DNA of 59,826 nt from a virus (IMGVR_UViG_3300042362_000235:1-59826); one strand, 5' to 3'; positions 46,401 to 58,731 are shown, numbered from the stretch's first letter. Notes: a model not told the origin generated them from the letters alone. Numbers and translations are program-made.

Positions 46401-49400
46401 TGCCGTCCGGCTGCCGCGCACCGCGTTCATGGAAAACGCCGGCACCGAGGTGGTGACGGACATCATCGTGTTCCAGAAGACCACGGCGGGCGAGAGCGCG
46501 CCGAACTGGCTGGACATAGGCGAGCAGCGCAACGCGAACCCGAAGACGGGCGACGTGGTGGCGCACCGCGTCAACCGCTACTTCCTGGACAACCCAGGCA
46601 GCGTGCTCGGCACGCCCGGCGCCGGCGGCACCATGTACCGGCCGAACGAATACACGGTGGAGCCCGTCGGCAATCTCGAGGATGGGCTGGCCCGCTGGGC
46701 GCAGACGCTGCCCGAGAACATCTTCGTGCCCATCGACCGCACTGAGCAGATGCAGGCCGACGAGGTGCCGGAGGGCGTGAAGGTCGGCAGCTTCTTCGTG
46801 GCCGGCGACGGCTCGGTCAAGATCCGCGCCCAGGACGAGGCCGGCGAGCGGCGGGCGACTTCCTGGGCGGCGCCCAACGAGAAGGCGGCGCTGCGAGTCA
46901 AGGGCATGATCCGGCTGCGCAACGCGCTTCGCGCGCAGATGCGCCTGGAGCGTTCGCCGCAGGCCAACGAGCAGCAGATCGAGGCGCACCGGCGCGACTT
47001 GAACCGCTTCTACGACGAGTTCCAGAAGGACTACGGCTACGTCAACGACCCGACGAACCGCCGGCTGTTCCTCGACGACACCGAGGCCAGCCTCCTGCTG
47101 GCGCTGGAGTTCGACTACGACCGCGGGATGAGCGAAGCGGCGGCGGCGCGCGAGGGCGTGGAGCCGCGCAAGCCGTCGGCGAAGAAGGCGGACATCTTCA
47201 AGCGTCGGGTGCTGTTTCCGCCGCAGGACGGCATGGTGGTGACCAGCGCCCGCGACGCGATGCTGGCGAGCCTGAATTTCCGCGGCACGCTGGACATGGC
47301 CTACATGAGCCGGCTGTACGGCAAGGATGAGGCGGCGATCGTGGCCGAGTTGGGCGATCTGGTGTTTGCCGAACCCGGCGGCCGGATCGTGACGGCCGAC
47401 GAGTACCTGTCCGGCGACGTGAAGACCAAGCTGGCGCAGGCCGAGGCGGCGGCGCGGGACGATGCGGGCCTGCGGCGCAACGTGGAGGCGCTGCGCAAGG
47501 TCATCCCCGAGGACAAGCGGCCCAGCGAGATCCACGCCGCCATCGGCGCCAAGTTCATTGCCGGCGGCGTGCTCGAGCAGTTCGCCAAGATCATCAGCGG
47601 CGCCGACGTCCGGGCGCACTACGTGTCCAGCCTGGGCCGCTGGCTGGTGTCGGTGACCGGCAACCCCGATGCGACCCTCAACCGCGGCAAGTGGGGCACG
47701 GCGCGCATGCCGGCGCTCGAGATACTGGATGCCACCATCGCCGGCAAGTCGGTGGTGGTGACGGACACGCATCGCAACGGCGACGGCTCGACGACGACGA
47801 CGGTCAACGAGAAGGAGACCGAGGCCGCGCGGGACAAGCAGCGCGCCATCCAACAGGAGTGGCAGACCTGGCTGTGGTCCGACCCGGATCGCGCATCGCG
47901 CATCGCGGCCGACTACAACGAGCAGATGAACCGCTGGGTGGACCGCCGCTACGACGGCTCGCACCTGACGCTGCCCGGCAAGGTGCCCGACGAGGTGATC
48001 GGGCTGCTGCCGCACCAGAAGAACGGCGTCTGGCGTGCGCTGCAGTCGCGGCAGATCCTCCTCGACCATGTGGTCGGTGCGGGCAAGACCTTCCAGATGG
48101 TCAGCATCGCCATGGAGTTGCGCCGCACGGGCGTGGCCCGCAAGCCCCTGTTTGCGGTGCCGAATCATCTGACGCTGCAGTGGTTCAGCGAGTTCGCGCG
48201 GCTGTACCCCGGTGCCAACGTGCTGGCGGCCACGCCGGACGACTTCGCCAAGGGCAACCGCGAGAAGTTCTTCTCCAAGATCATCACCGGCGACTGGGAT
48301 GCGGTCATCGTCGGGCACTCCTCGCTCAAGAAGATCGCGCTGCCGCCGGAGACTGAGCGCGCGGTGCTCGAGGAGCAGGTGCGCGAGATCAGCGACGCCA
48401 TCGAGCAGATGAAACGCGCCCGCGGCGACTCTCGCATCGTCGGCGACATGGAGCGCATCAAGCGCACCCTCGAGGCGAAGATGAAGACCAAGCTCGCGGC
48501 GCTCGGCTCCCGCGACAAGGTGGTCACGTTCGACGAACTGGGTGTCGACGCCTTCTTCGTCGATGAGCTGCACGAGTTCAAGAACCTGTTCTACACGTCG
48601 ACGATGGACCGCGTGCCCGGGATGGGCAACCCCAACGGCTCTGACAAGGCGTTCGACCTGTTCGTCAAGTTGCAGTGGATGTTCAACACCCTCGGCAAGC
48701 AGGCGCCGATCGTAGGCGCGACGGGCACGCCGGTGAGCAACTCCCTGGTGGAGATGTTCAACATGCAGCGCTTCATGCAGTACCCGCTGCTCAAGGAGGA
48801 GGGGCTGCACGTCTTTGATGCCTGGGCGCGCCAGTTCGGCAGCGTCGAGAACGTCTACGAGGTGTCGCCCTCGGGCACGGGATACCGCAGCAGCACCCGC
48901 TTCTCGAAGTTCAAGAACCTCGGCGCGCTGATGGCGCACTACAACGCCTTCGCGGACGTGGTGACGCTGGACGACCTGAAGTCGCAGGAGGAGGCAAGGG
49001 GCAGCAAGTTCCCGGTGCCGCGCATCCGTGGTGGCCGGCCTACGGTGGTGGTGGCCGACCGCTCGCCGCAGGTGGCGTCTTTCATGGGCGTGCCGCAGCT
49101 CGAGATCGACATCAACAACCGCCCCGTCTTCGGCTTCATGGTGGCCGACGGCGACAAGGTGAAGTTCGAGCAGAAGGACGGCAAGACCCGTGTTCTGGTG
49201 GAGTCGCAGGTTCAGGGCCAGGCCCCTGTGACGCGGCTGCTTGGCGCCTTCGAGACTGAAGGCGAGGCGCGCATGGCGGCCGTGGAGGCTGCGCTGTCGC
49301 CCCGCATCTTCGTCGACCCCAGGAGCATCCTCGGGCAGTTCCAGAACCTGCGCCAACTGACCAAGGACACCAAGGGCAAGATCAACGCGCTGTCGCTCAC

Positions 49401-52400
49401 GGGCGCGGCCAACAAGGCGGGCCTGGACTACCGGCTGGTCGACCCGGCGGCGGCGGACTTCGCGGGCTCGAAGATCAACCTCGCCATCGACAACATGATG
49501 GACGAGTACCGCCGCTGGGCCGACGACAAGGGCGCGCAGCTGATTTTCTGCGACCTTTCGGTCCCGCTGTCGGAGCGCGGCAGCCTGGCCAGCACGCCGC
49601 GGCGCCTGTACGTGCGCGAGGACGGCCAGGTGGTGCACAAGCGCGGCACGATGCACACGGTCGAGGGCTACGAGGCGCTGCCGTTCTTCGTCGTGCAGTC
49701 GGGCAGCGGCGACGCCAAGACGCAGGCGGTGTATGACGCCGCCAGCGGGACGCTGCTGCGTTCGGGCTTCAAGAGCAAGGGCGAGGCCCTGGTGTGGGCC
49801 GCCGACGCTGCCCGCAACGAGGACAAGCGCCAGAGGTGGATCGACGAGCGCGAGCGGGTCGGGGAGATCACGCAAGACCTCATCGACGACTACGACAACG
49901 CCAACGAGATCGACGCCAACGAGTCGCCCTACATCGCCCCGCAGGACATCGCTGGCGTCAGCGCCACCGCAAAGTTCAGCGTCTACGACGACATCCGCAC
50001 CAAGTTGATCGCCCGCGGCGTGCCCGAATCGGAGATCGCCTTCATCCACGACTACGCCACGCCCGCGGCCAAGGACAAGCTGTTCAAGGCCGTCAGGCGC
50101 GGCGACGTGCGGTTCCTGCTGGGGTCGACGCCCAAGATGGGTGCCGGCACGAACGTGCAGGACCGGCTGGTGGCGCTGCACCACATCGACGCGCCTTGGC
50201 GGCCGTCGGATCTGGAGCAGCGCGAGGGCCGCATCATCCGGCGCGGCAACTTGCTGTACCAGCGCGATCCAGAAGGCTTCGAGGTGGGCATCTACCGCTA
50301 CGCCACCAAGCAGACCTACGACACCCGACGCTGGCAGATCCTCGAGCACAAGGCCCGCGGCATCGAGCAGCTGCGCAACTACGACGGCACGGCCAACGAG
50401 ATCGAGGACATCGACGGCGAGGCCGCCAACGCCGCCGAGATGAAGGCCGCGGCGTCCGGCGACCCGCTGATCCTGCGCGAGACGCAACTGCGCAACGAGG
50501 TCAAGCGGCTCGAGAACCTTCAAGCGGCGCACGCCGACGCCGTGGCCGACGCGGCGCGGCGGGCACGGTGGGCGCGCGAGTACGTCGAGATCGCCGGGCC
50601 GGCCGAACTGGCGGGGTGGAAGCGCCTGATCGGCGCCGCGGCCAAGCATCCCGTGCCCGAGGAAGGACTTCCGTCGGGCGTGACCATCGGCGGCCAGGCG
50701 TTCACCGATCGCAAGGAGTTCACGCAGGCCATCGCCAGGGCGGTTGCAGAAACGGCCAGCGCGGGCAGCCCGAAGACGACAGACGTCACCTTCCGGGGGC
50801 TGCGGTTCCGCATGGACGGATCTTCCGCCGATGGCGTCAGGCTGGCCGATGTCAATGACTCGATCGACCGCACGATGGGCTACTGGCCCGCCAAGGAGCC
50901 GATCAGTGCGACGGGCATCATCCAGCGAATGGCCAACTTCGTCGAGCGGATGGATGCGCACCGCGCCGACACCGAGCAGGGGATCGAGCGGGAGCGGCAG
51001 AACGAACAGAAGTGGATCGCGCAGAGCCGCAAGGCTTTTGCCCAGGCGCAGGAGCTGGCCGACGTGCGGATGCAGCACACGCAGGTGCAGCGGCTGCTGC
51101 TGGCCCGCGGGCCGGAGATCCCGGAGGCGCAGAAGCCCTTGCTCGCGAAGGCGCAGGAGCGGCAGCGCCGCGCGCTGCGCGCTGCCGGCCTGGGCGACGC
51201 GCTCGACGAGATCATGGAGTTCGCCCAGGCGCCTGGCGACGCGGCGCCGCCGACGCTGGATGAAGGGCGAGGCACGCCGGCTGGCACCGGAAGCCTGGCG
51301 CAGACGGGGGCCGTGGAAGCCAACGAGGCCGACGTCCTGTTCGACATTCGCCGCAACAACCCCACTCGCGCCCAGGTGCGCGCCGCGCGGGCCGCTCTGG
51401 AGCGCATTCGCGCCGCGGATGCAATACGATCCTCGGATGATCTGGCAGCCCTCTTGCGAGTGTCCGGTTTCTCGCAGTGGTCTCGTTCCGCCGTCATGCG
51501 GGACGTGGACGCCGCCGCCCGCCTACGGCAGCGACTCACCGAGCGATTCCCCGGCGACCAGTTCGGAGACTGGCGTGCCCCCCGACTCAACGAGCAAGGG
51601 GTCATCACCACCAGCGCCTTCGGACTGCTGTCCGACAGGGACTTGAGCGACCTTGCGGCCCTGGCTGACGAGTTCGGCGCGCCGGTCGCGCTGCGCGGCG
51701 CCCTGGCTGGCGATGTGCGCGCCGCGAACGATCGGTTCACCACGCGGCTGAAGCCGCTGGGGTTCGCGGTCTACACCGGCGCGCAGGAGCTGGACAGCCG
51801 CCCTTCCGGCGTGCTGTTCAGCTACATCCGCCCGGGCGGAGGGATCGGGCGCAACACGCCGCTGTGGGACATCTCCGCCGGCGCACGCGGCCCGGCTTCC
51901 GCACAAGAGGCAGCCGCCGCCGTGGCCGGGCCGGCCTTTGCCGGCTACGAGCGCAAGAGCGTGCCGCGCGTTCAGGCAGGCCAGCGGCTGGGCCGGCTCG
52001 TCGACCGGCTGGATCGGGGCGCGCTGACGGAGGAGGGGTTCGTCACCGCTGCGCGTGTGCTGGCCGATGACCTCGAGCGCGCAGCGGGCGCCAAGCGCCG
52101 CAACCGCGACTTTGCCGAGCGTGAGCGCGGCGCCGACTGGGTGCGCGAGAAGCTGATCGCGGCGCGGCGGCGCGGCGATCTCGACGCCGACACCGCGGAG
52201 TTCGCCCTGTGGGCGCTCGGGCGCAACGAGGCGCTGGCCGCAGACCTGGGCATCAGTGTTCGCCAGCCCGGCGATCGCCCTGACGCCGGCCAATACAACC
52301 CGGCCGAGCGCGTGATGACCCTGTTCAAGGGCGCGACCAACCCGGGCACGGCGGTGCACGAGATCCTGCATCACGCCGAGCGCATGATGACGCCGCAGCA

Positions 52401-55400
52401 GCAGGCGCGCATCCGGTTCGAGTGGGCTCGCAGCCTGGCGCGTGCCGTCAAGCGCGCCACGCCCGCGCAGCGCGAGGCCCTGGCGCTGATCGGCCCCGCC
52501 ATGGCCGGCGACCAGCGCGCGCGGCAGACCCTGGTCAAGGCGTTCGCCGACGGCGTGCTCGACTACGACGCGCACTACCAGCTCGTGAACCCGAGCGAGT
52601 TCTGGGCCGTCAACGCCACCGACTTGCTGCAGCGCCGGTTCGACGCGCGCGGCAGTGTCTGGCAAGGCATCTGGACGTGGCTGCGCGAGATGGCACAGCG
52701 CGCCGCCGGCATCCTGGGAGTGAACGCCAGCGCCGAGATCCTGCGCGGCCTCGACGAGGTGCTGGGCTCCGCCAACGACGGCGCCTTCCGCTCACGAAGG
52801 ATGCTCACCGACATGGGCGCCCAGGCGGGCCTGGCGGACCCGGCGGGCGCCGGCCGCAGCCGAGGCGAAGAAGTGCGCCGCGGATCTGCGGAGCAGGCTA
52901 TCGCAGCCGGATACACCATGCGGGCGTGGCGCGGTGTCAGCGCGGCCGCACCGTTCAACGACTCGGGCTCGACGTGGCTGACCACGAGCCGCGAGGTGGC
53001 CGAAGCCTATGCCGAGGAGGTGATGGGCTACGACGACCCCGCGGTCATTGAGGTGATGGTCAAGCCTGACGATCTGCCGCGCCACGACGCCAGCCGACTG
53101 ACCGACGAGGAGCGCGCCGGGCTGCAGGCCGACGAGTTCGGCAACCCGCAGGCCATCGGCATCTACGACCGCAGCGACGACCATCCGCTGGGAGGCAGCC
53201 GCCGCAACGTGACGGTGATCCATGCGCCCAAGTCGGCGGTGTGGCTGGTGGACGAGCGCGCGGCACCCTCGGAGGCCGTTGCCGACCTTCGCCGGCCAGA
53301 GGAGGCCGAGCCGGAAGATGGCGACATCGACAGCGCGCTGCGCCGGGAGTTCCAGCAGACCGAGCGCGCCTACGGCGGGCGCGATGCCCACGGCCGCGCC
53401 AAGGCCGCCGGGAACACCAAGCTGACCTATGGCCAGTGGGTGCAGGTGCGCACCCCGCGCTTCAAGGCCTGGTTCGGGGATTGGGAGGCGTCAGCCATCA
53501 TCAATGGTGAGCCTGTTGCAAGCCTTGACAGCGGCATCGTGCCGCAAGACGGTCCGGCACACGTGCGCCAGTGGGCCGCAAAGATGTTCGCTTCGCAGGG
53601 CGGCCGGGCCACGCACCCAGTCATTGGCGAGATCGCGCTGGACATGCGATCAGTGCGGGACTCCATGGCCCACGGTAAGCCAAGCAGATTCAAGTACGCA
53701 GCGTTTGCGGCAGTCAAGGATGTGCTGGAGAGGGGCGCGCTGGTCCATAAGGCAACAGATGGCGGCGTCGATAGTCTGTACGTCTCAGCGCCCGTGAAGA
53801 TCGACGGGGTGGATGACGTCGTGACGGTGCTTGTTCACCGCGACACCAACAGCAGGCGCATGTACCTGCACAGCGTTGCCACAAAAGAAAGCCTCCTGAA
53901 CCGCCGAGTTTCCGGGGCCGACGCCGAGGCATCCGAGCGATCCGGCTCATCCAGTTCAGAAGGCGTTGCGATTGTACTGCGCGGCCTGCTGAAAGGGGAC
54001 ACCGTCTCCAAGGCCGTCGACCCCGACACGGGCGAGCCGCTGGTGGTGTATCACGGCACGCACCGCGACTTCAGCGCCTTTGACGCCAAGGCGCCCTCTA
54101 CCCACATTCCTCTGCCGGGCTTCTACTTCACCCCGGACGCAAAGATCGCCAGCGCGTTCGCCGAGAACGGCGCGCGGATGACCGAGAACCGCGCTGGCCG
54201 CGCCTTCCAGCCCGTGGGGGCGAGCGTGATGCCGGCGTATCTGTCGATGAAGAACCCGCTCGAAGTCGACGCCTCGGAGGGCGCGATGAAAGGGTTCGTC
54301 AGCGAGAAGGTCATCAAGGAGGTGATCCTCGATGCTCGGCGCAAAGGCCACGACGGCGTGATCCTGCGCGGCTGGAAGGACGGCAGTGGGCCGGTGCAGT
54401 ACATCGCCTTCGAGCCCGAGCAGATCAAGAGCGCCATCGGCAACCGCGGCACCTTCGATCCGGCCGACAACGGCATCCTGCGCGACGTGCGAAGGCCACC
54501 GCGCAACGGCATCGGCCCCAACCCGCCGCCGCAGCCAGCGCCGGCCCAGCGTAACCGCTGGCAGGCGCTGAAGCAGAGGGCGATGAACCTCACCAGCCCC
54601 GAGGCGCTGGACAAGCTGATCTACGAGCTGCAGGACCGCTTTGTCGACCTCAAGCGCGTCCAGGCCCACATTCAGGCCCTGGGCGGCACCGTCAATGACC
54701 TCAACGACGCCTACCTGGGCGAGGAGCTGTTCCACAAGCGGCTGGCCACGCGCACCGAGCGGTTCCTTGACGACGAGCTCACGCCGCTGCTGAAGGACAT
54801 GCGCGAGCGCGGGATCGGCATCGAGGACTTCGAGCGCTTCCTGCACGCCCGCCACGCGCCCGAGGCGAACGCGGCGATGGCCAAGCGCAACCCGAGCCGC
54901 ATGGAACTGGCCAACCTGCAGACGCAGGCCGAGCAGGAGCTGCGCGATCTGCAGGTGCAGCGACAGCGGGCAGCGGCGCAGGGCACGGCCACGGCTGCGC
55001 TGGACGACGCGGTGGCCCAGGCCCGCGAGCGGCTGGCAGAGGTCAACCGCATGCAAGCCTACCCGGGCACCGAGGAGGAGCGGCTGGCACTGTCGGGCAT
55101 GTCCGACGCCGATGCCGCGGCCGTCATGGCCGGCCTGACGCCGGCGCAGCGCGCCGACATGGACGCGCTGGCGGCGCGGGTGGACGCCATCAACGCCAAG
55201 ACGCTCGAGACGCTGGAGCAGTACGGGCTGGTGCCCCGCGCGACGCTGGACACCTGGCGCGCCGCGTACCGCCACTACGTGCCTCTGCACCGCGACGAGG
55301 CGCACCCGGACTCGCATGCGCACCCGATCGGCCAGGGCTTCAACGTGCGCGGCATGGGCATGCGCCAGCGTGTGGGCTCGACGCAGAAGGTCACGAACAT

Positions 55401-57378
55401 CCTGGGGCACATCGCCATGCAGCGCGAGGCGGCGCTGACCCGTGGCGAAAAGAACCTTGTGCTGCAGAAGTTGTACGTCCTGGTCGGCCAGAACCCCCTG
55501 CGCGACTTCTGGCGCCTGGACAGCCCGCCGATGACCAAGACGGTCGACCCGGTGACGGGCACGGTGCGCCGCCAGATCGACGGCGCGTATCGCAACCTTT
55601 CCAACGTGGTGACGCTGCGCATCGCCGGCAAGGACGCCTCGATCATCTTCGAGGAGGGCAACCCGCAAGCCATGCGGCTGGCCACGGCGATGAAGGGGGC
55701 CGACGTCGGCGACCTCGGTTTCGTCAGCAGCGTGGTGTCGAAGTACACCCGATGGTTCGCCGCCGTCAACACCCAGTACAACCCGATCTTCGGCGTCGTC
55801 AACATGCTGCGCGACGTGCAGGGCGCGGCACTGAACCTCAGCACCACGCCGATAGCCGGCCAGGAGCGCCGGGTGCTGGCCGGCGTTCTTCCGGCACTGC
55901 GAGCAGTGTGGCGCAAGGAACGTGGCTCGCGAGCCGCCAACCCGGTCAATGCGCAGTGGATCGCGCTGTGGAAAGACCTCGAGCAGGTCGGCGGCGCCAC
56001 CGGCTTCCGCGACCTGTTCGCGGACATCAACGATCGCGCCAAGGAGATGCAGAAGGAGCTGGCCGCGCTGGACCGCGGCCGGCTTGCGCGCGGCTTCGTC
56101 TGGTTCGGAAAGCTGCTGTCGGACTACAACGAGGCGCTGGAGAACGCCGTGCGGGTGTCGGCCTACAAGGCGGCGCTGGACAGCGGCATGACCAAGGAGC
56201 GTGCGGCGAGCTTGGCCAAGAACCTGACGGTGAACTTCAACCGCAAGGGCCGCGCGGGGCGTCACATCAGTGCTTGGTACGCATTCTTCAACTCGTCCGT
56301 TCAAGGCACGACGCGGATGGTCGAGACGCTGCGCGGGCCGAAGGGGCGCGCCATCATGGTCGGTGGTGTGCTGGTGGGCGTGCTCAACACCACTCTGGGT
56401 ATGCTGATGATGGGAGGCGGCGGCGACGACGGCGAGGAGGACAACTGGGACAAGATCCCGGAGTGGGTCAAGGAGCGGAACCTCATCATCCCGCTGTCGA
56501 ACAAGGACTACGTCACCATTCCGATGCCGCTGGGCTTCCACTTCCTGCCCAACCTGGGGCGGCTTGCAACCGAGTGGGCCGTGGGAGGCTCGGAGAAGTC
56601 AGCGGGCAAGCAAGTGGCTGGGATGTTGCAGATCCTGCTCGACGCCTTCAACCCGTTGGGCGGCGCCCAGCCGATCGGGCAGATGGCAATGCCCACGGTC
56701 GTCGATCCGTTCTGGGCGCTGGCCACCAACACCGACTGGAACGGGCGCCCGATCTACCGCGAGGACAGCAGCCCGCTGGATCCACAGCCGGGCATGGCAC
56801 TGGCGAAGGGTGCAGCCACGCCGTGGGGCAAGGTCATCGCCGAGAGCGTGAACGTCGCTACCGGCGGTACGAAGTACCAGCCCGGGGCCTTGAGCCCGAC
56901 CCCTGACCAGATCGACTACATCATCGGCCAGTTGACCGGCGGTGTCGGCCGCGAGATCGGCAAGCTGGCGACGACCGTCTCGGCCCCGATCGCCGGCGAC
57001 GAGCTGCCCATCTACAAGGTTCCGCTGCTCGGCCGCTTCGCCGGCTCGGTGCGGGGCAGCGCCGGCCAGGCCGACACGTTCTACGAGAACGTCAAGGAGA
57101 TCAACCAGATCGAGAACGAACTGCGCGGGCGCGCCAAGGCCGGCGAGGACGTGGCCGCGGTGCAGCGCGAGGAGCCGCTGGCGGCGCTGGCCGGTGCGGG
57201 CAACGCCTATACACGCAAGGTGTCGGAACTGCGCCGGCTGCGCCGCGAGGTTGCGGCGGCAGAGGCGCCGGGATACCGCGAGCAGTTGGCTCAGATCGAC
57301 GAGCAGATCACGGCCGTGATGACCGACCTGAACCGCCGGGTGAACGAGGTGCGCCGGACCGCAGACGCCGCGCAGTGA
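40411..57378 (+). pseudogene. Giant DarB-like polyvalent protein (~5655 codons) interrupted by one in-frame TAG at 46132-46134
   Basis: ORFs 40411-46134 and 46135-57378 are in the same frame; ParB/ddrB-like region, HExxH peptidases, N6-MTase (EPSVGSG / NPPF), SNF2 helicase (GAGKT, DELH, TGTP, QREGRIIR), YHGT ART-like domain, LPD38-like C-terminus. Confidence 0.85.
45383..45691 (+). CDS. Nested out-of-frame gene inside the giant gene
   Basis: AGGAG RBS 7 nt before the ATG; complex globular-looking 102-aa sequence where the host frame is Gly/Ala low complexity; CTGACG-17 nt-CAAAAT upstream. Confidence 0.65.
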   Translation: MQTLYRPSSYPPEVRRKIKSMPPLATEIANRWMLGWPKRVKALLAAGEYLPALKAQEEQERRVLADETARHLARHEIAQEWGLSLEPPETSTSTGRTSEPED

Positions 57379-57413
57379 TGCTGGGCGAGCGGCGCTGGGG
57401 GCGCGGTGAGCGC

Positions 57414-57599
57414 TCAGAAGCGGTGATCGAGCCCGGCCTGCTTCATGATGCCGTTGGCGGTGTGGCGCGAATCGCAGTTGGTCGAGACGACCTGGTTGCG
57501 CTTGCCATTTGTCCAGATCTGGTGCGAGCCAGTCTGGCGGATCAGCGTGTAGCCGGCCTTCTTGAGCTGTTCGATGACCAGCTTGTAGTAGCCGTTCAT
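57414..57599 (-). CDS. HicA-family toxin
   Basis: LKKAGYTLIRQTGSHQIW...TANGIMKQAGL. Confidence 0.85.
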   Translation of the reverse strand: MNGYYKLVIEQLKKAGYTLIRQTGSHQIWTNGKRNQVVSTNCDSRHTANGIMKQAGLDHRF

Positions 57600-57880
57600 G
57601 CCCCGTGAGGGACGGGGCTGCTCAGGTGGAACTCGGTGCTGGCCAGCGGGTGTCGCCCTTCGAGCTGCAGCTCGAGCAGCGCGTCTGCGCACCGCAGGGT
57701 CTCTTCCTTGAGCTCGTCGAGCGTCTTGGCTTCGCAGATCAGGCCATCTAGGTCTGGACTGCGCGCGATGTAGACGTCTGCGTCTTCGTCCCGGGTGATG
57801 CGGACGCGGAGACGCACCCGACCGCCAGCCTTGGCGACCGCTTTCCATCCCCAAATTCCAACCCGATAGGCCAGCGTCAC
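57596..57880 (-). CDS. HicB-like (DUF1902-type) antitoxin
   Basis: RDEDADVYIARSPDLDGLICEAKTLDEL; coupled to hicA. Confidence 0.8.
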   Translation of the reverse strand: MTLAYRVGIWGWKAVAKAGGRVRLRVRITRDEDADVYIARSPDLDGLICEAKTLDELKEETLRCADALLELQLEGRHPLASTEFHLSSPVPHGA

Positions 57881-58077
57881 TTCATCTCCTCGCCGACTTT
57901 GCGGCAGCCCCGTTCCCCTGCCGACGTTCGTCAATGCTTACGCCGTGCGGCCCGAACTGTACGCCTTCACGTTGGTGTATGCGCGTGAATCAGCGGGGCT
58001 ACGCGGTGCGCTGTGGGGAATTGTGTGCATCCGGTGGTGGCGGGTGGTGTCGCTACAACGCGTGCGGCATGCTGCGC

Positions 58078-58090
58078 TAAGCTGTTGATT
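58078..58090 (-). promoter_or_regulatory. IHF binding site in the attR arm
   Basis: Minus strand AATCAACAGCTTA matches the consensus WATCAANNNNTTR. Confidence 0.7.
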
Positions 58091-58161
58091 TCACACAACG
58101 CACCGCAATGTTTTTCGGGGTGGAAGACAACCCAAAAAACGGCCCTAAGTCCTTGTCGCAC

Positions 58162-58632
58162 ATGAGAAAAGCGGCTGTTTTGTTCGTCTGCATGGGCAAT
58201 ATCTGCCGCTCGCCCACCGCCGAGGGCGTGCTGCGGGCGCGATTGCGCTCTGCCGGACTGGAGCGCCATGTCGAGGTCGACTCGGCGGGCACCCACGGCC
58301 ATCACGCTGGCCAGCCGCCCGACCGCCGCGCACTGAGGCACGCGGCGTCGCGCGGCTACGACCTTTCCAGGATCCGCGCGCGGCGCGTCGTGCCGGCGGA
58401 CTTCGAGCGCTTCGACTGGGTGCTGGCGATGGACACCGGCAACCTGCAGCGACTGCGCGACCTCTGTCCGGCAGGCGCACCGGCACGCCTGGGCCTGCTG
58501 ATGGAGCACGCCTTGCGGCACCGGGACGTCGGCGAGGTGCCTGACCCCTACTACGGCCCGCCGGCAGGCTTCGAGCGGGTGCTCGACCTGGTCGAGGACG
58601 CATGCGAGGGTTTACTCTTACGTTTGGGTTAA
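58162..58632 (+). CDS. Low-molecular-weight protein tyrosine phosphatase, rebuilt with a phage-derived N-terminus
   Basis: VLFVCMGNICRSPTAE (CX5R), DSAGT and DPYY motifs. Confidence 0.92.
   Translation: MRKAAVLFVCMGNICRSPTAEGVLRARLRSAGLERHVEVDSAGTHGHHAGQPPDRRALRHAASRGYDLSRIRARRVVPADFERFDWVLAMDTGNLQRLRDLCPAGAPARLGLLMEHALRHRDVGEVPDPYYGPPAGFERVLDLVEDACEGLLLRLG
58189..58206 (+). repeat. attR core, 18 bp
   Basis: Identical to 584-601. Confidence 0.95.
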
Positions 58633-58677
58633 GACGGGCAGTTTTGACCAGGGAACTTCCTGAACAAAGGCTGGAAC

Positions 58678-58731
58678 AAAGCTCGACAAAATCGGTCGAC
58701 TTCGGATAAACTTGAGCAAACAAGTCGGGAT
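58678..58731 (+). promoter_or_regulatory. Tandem type-1 IscR-like binding sites
   Basis: AAAGCTCGACAAAATCGGTCGACTT and AAACTTGAGCAAACAAGTCGGGAT upstream of iscR. Confidence 0.6.

Larger units (their letters stand above)
584..58206. mobile_element. Temperate prophage (~57.6 kb): lambdoid early region, podovirus-like virion module
   Basis: Bounded by 18-bp direct repeats; carries int/xis, cI/cro, terminase, portal, capsid, tail and lysis genes. Confidence 0.95.

Noticed and set aside
40624-51078. Very long antisense ORFs (1406 aa, 1889 aa; similar ones opposite portal and capsid)
   Set aside because: Expected shadows of high-GC3 sense genes; no recognisable motifs.
51420-51646. Third nested ORF (MQYDPRMIW...) in the giant gene
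   Set aside because: The alternative frame is Ser/Pro-rich low complexity with no RBS; more likely a shadow.
58108-58161. Upstream ATG extension of the phosphatase in the ORF track
   Set aside because: The LMW-PTP fold begins a few residues before VLFVC; ATG 58162 fits better and the extension lies in the att arm.
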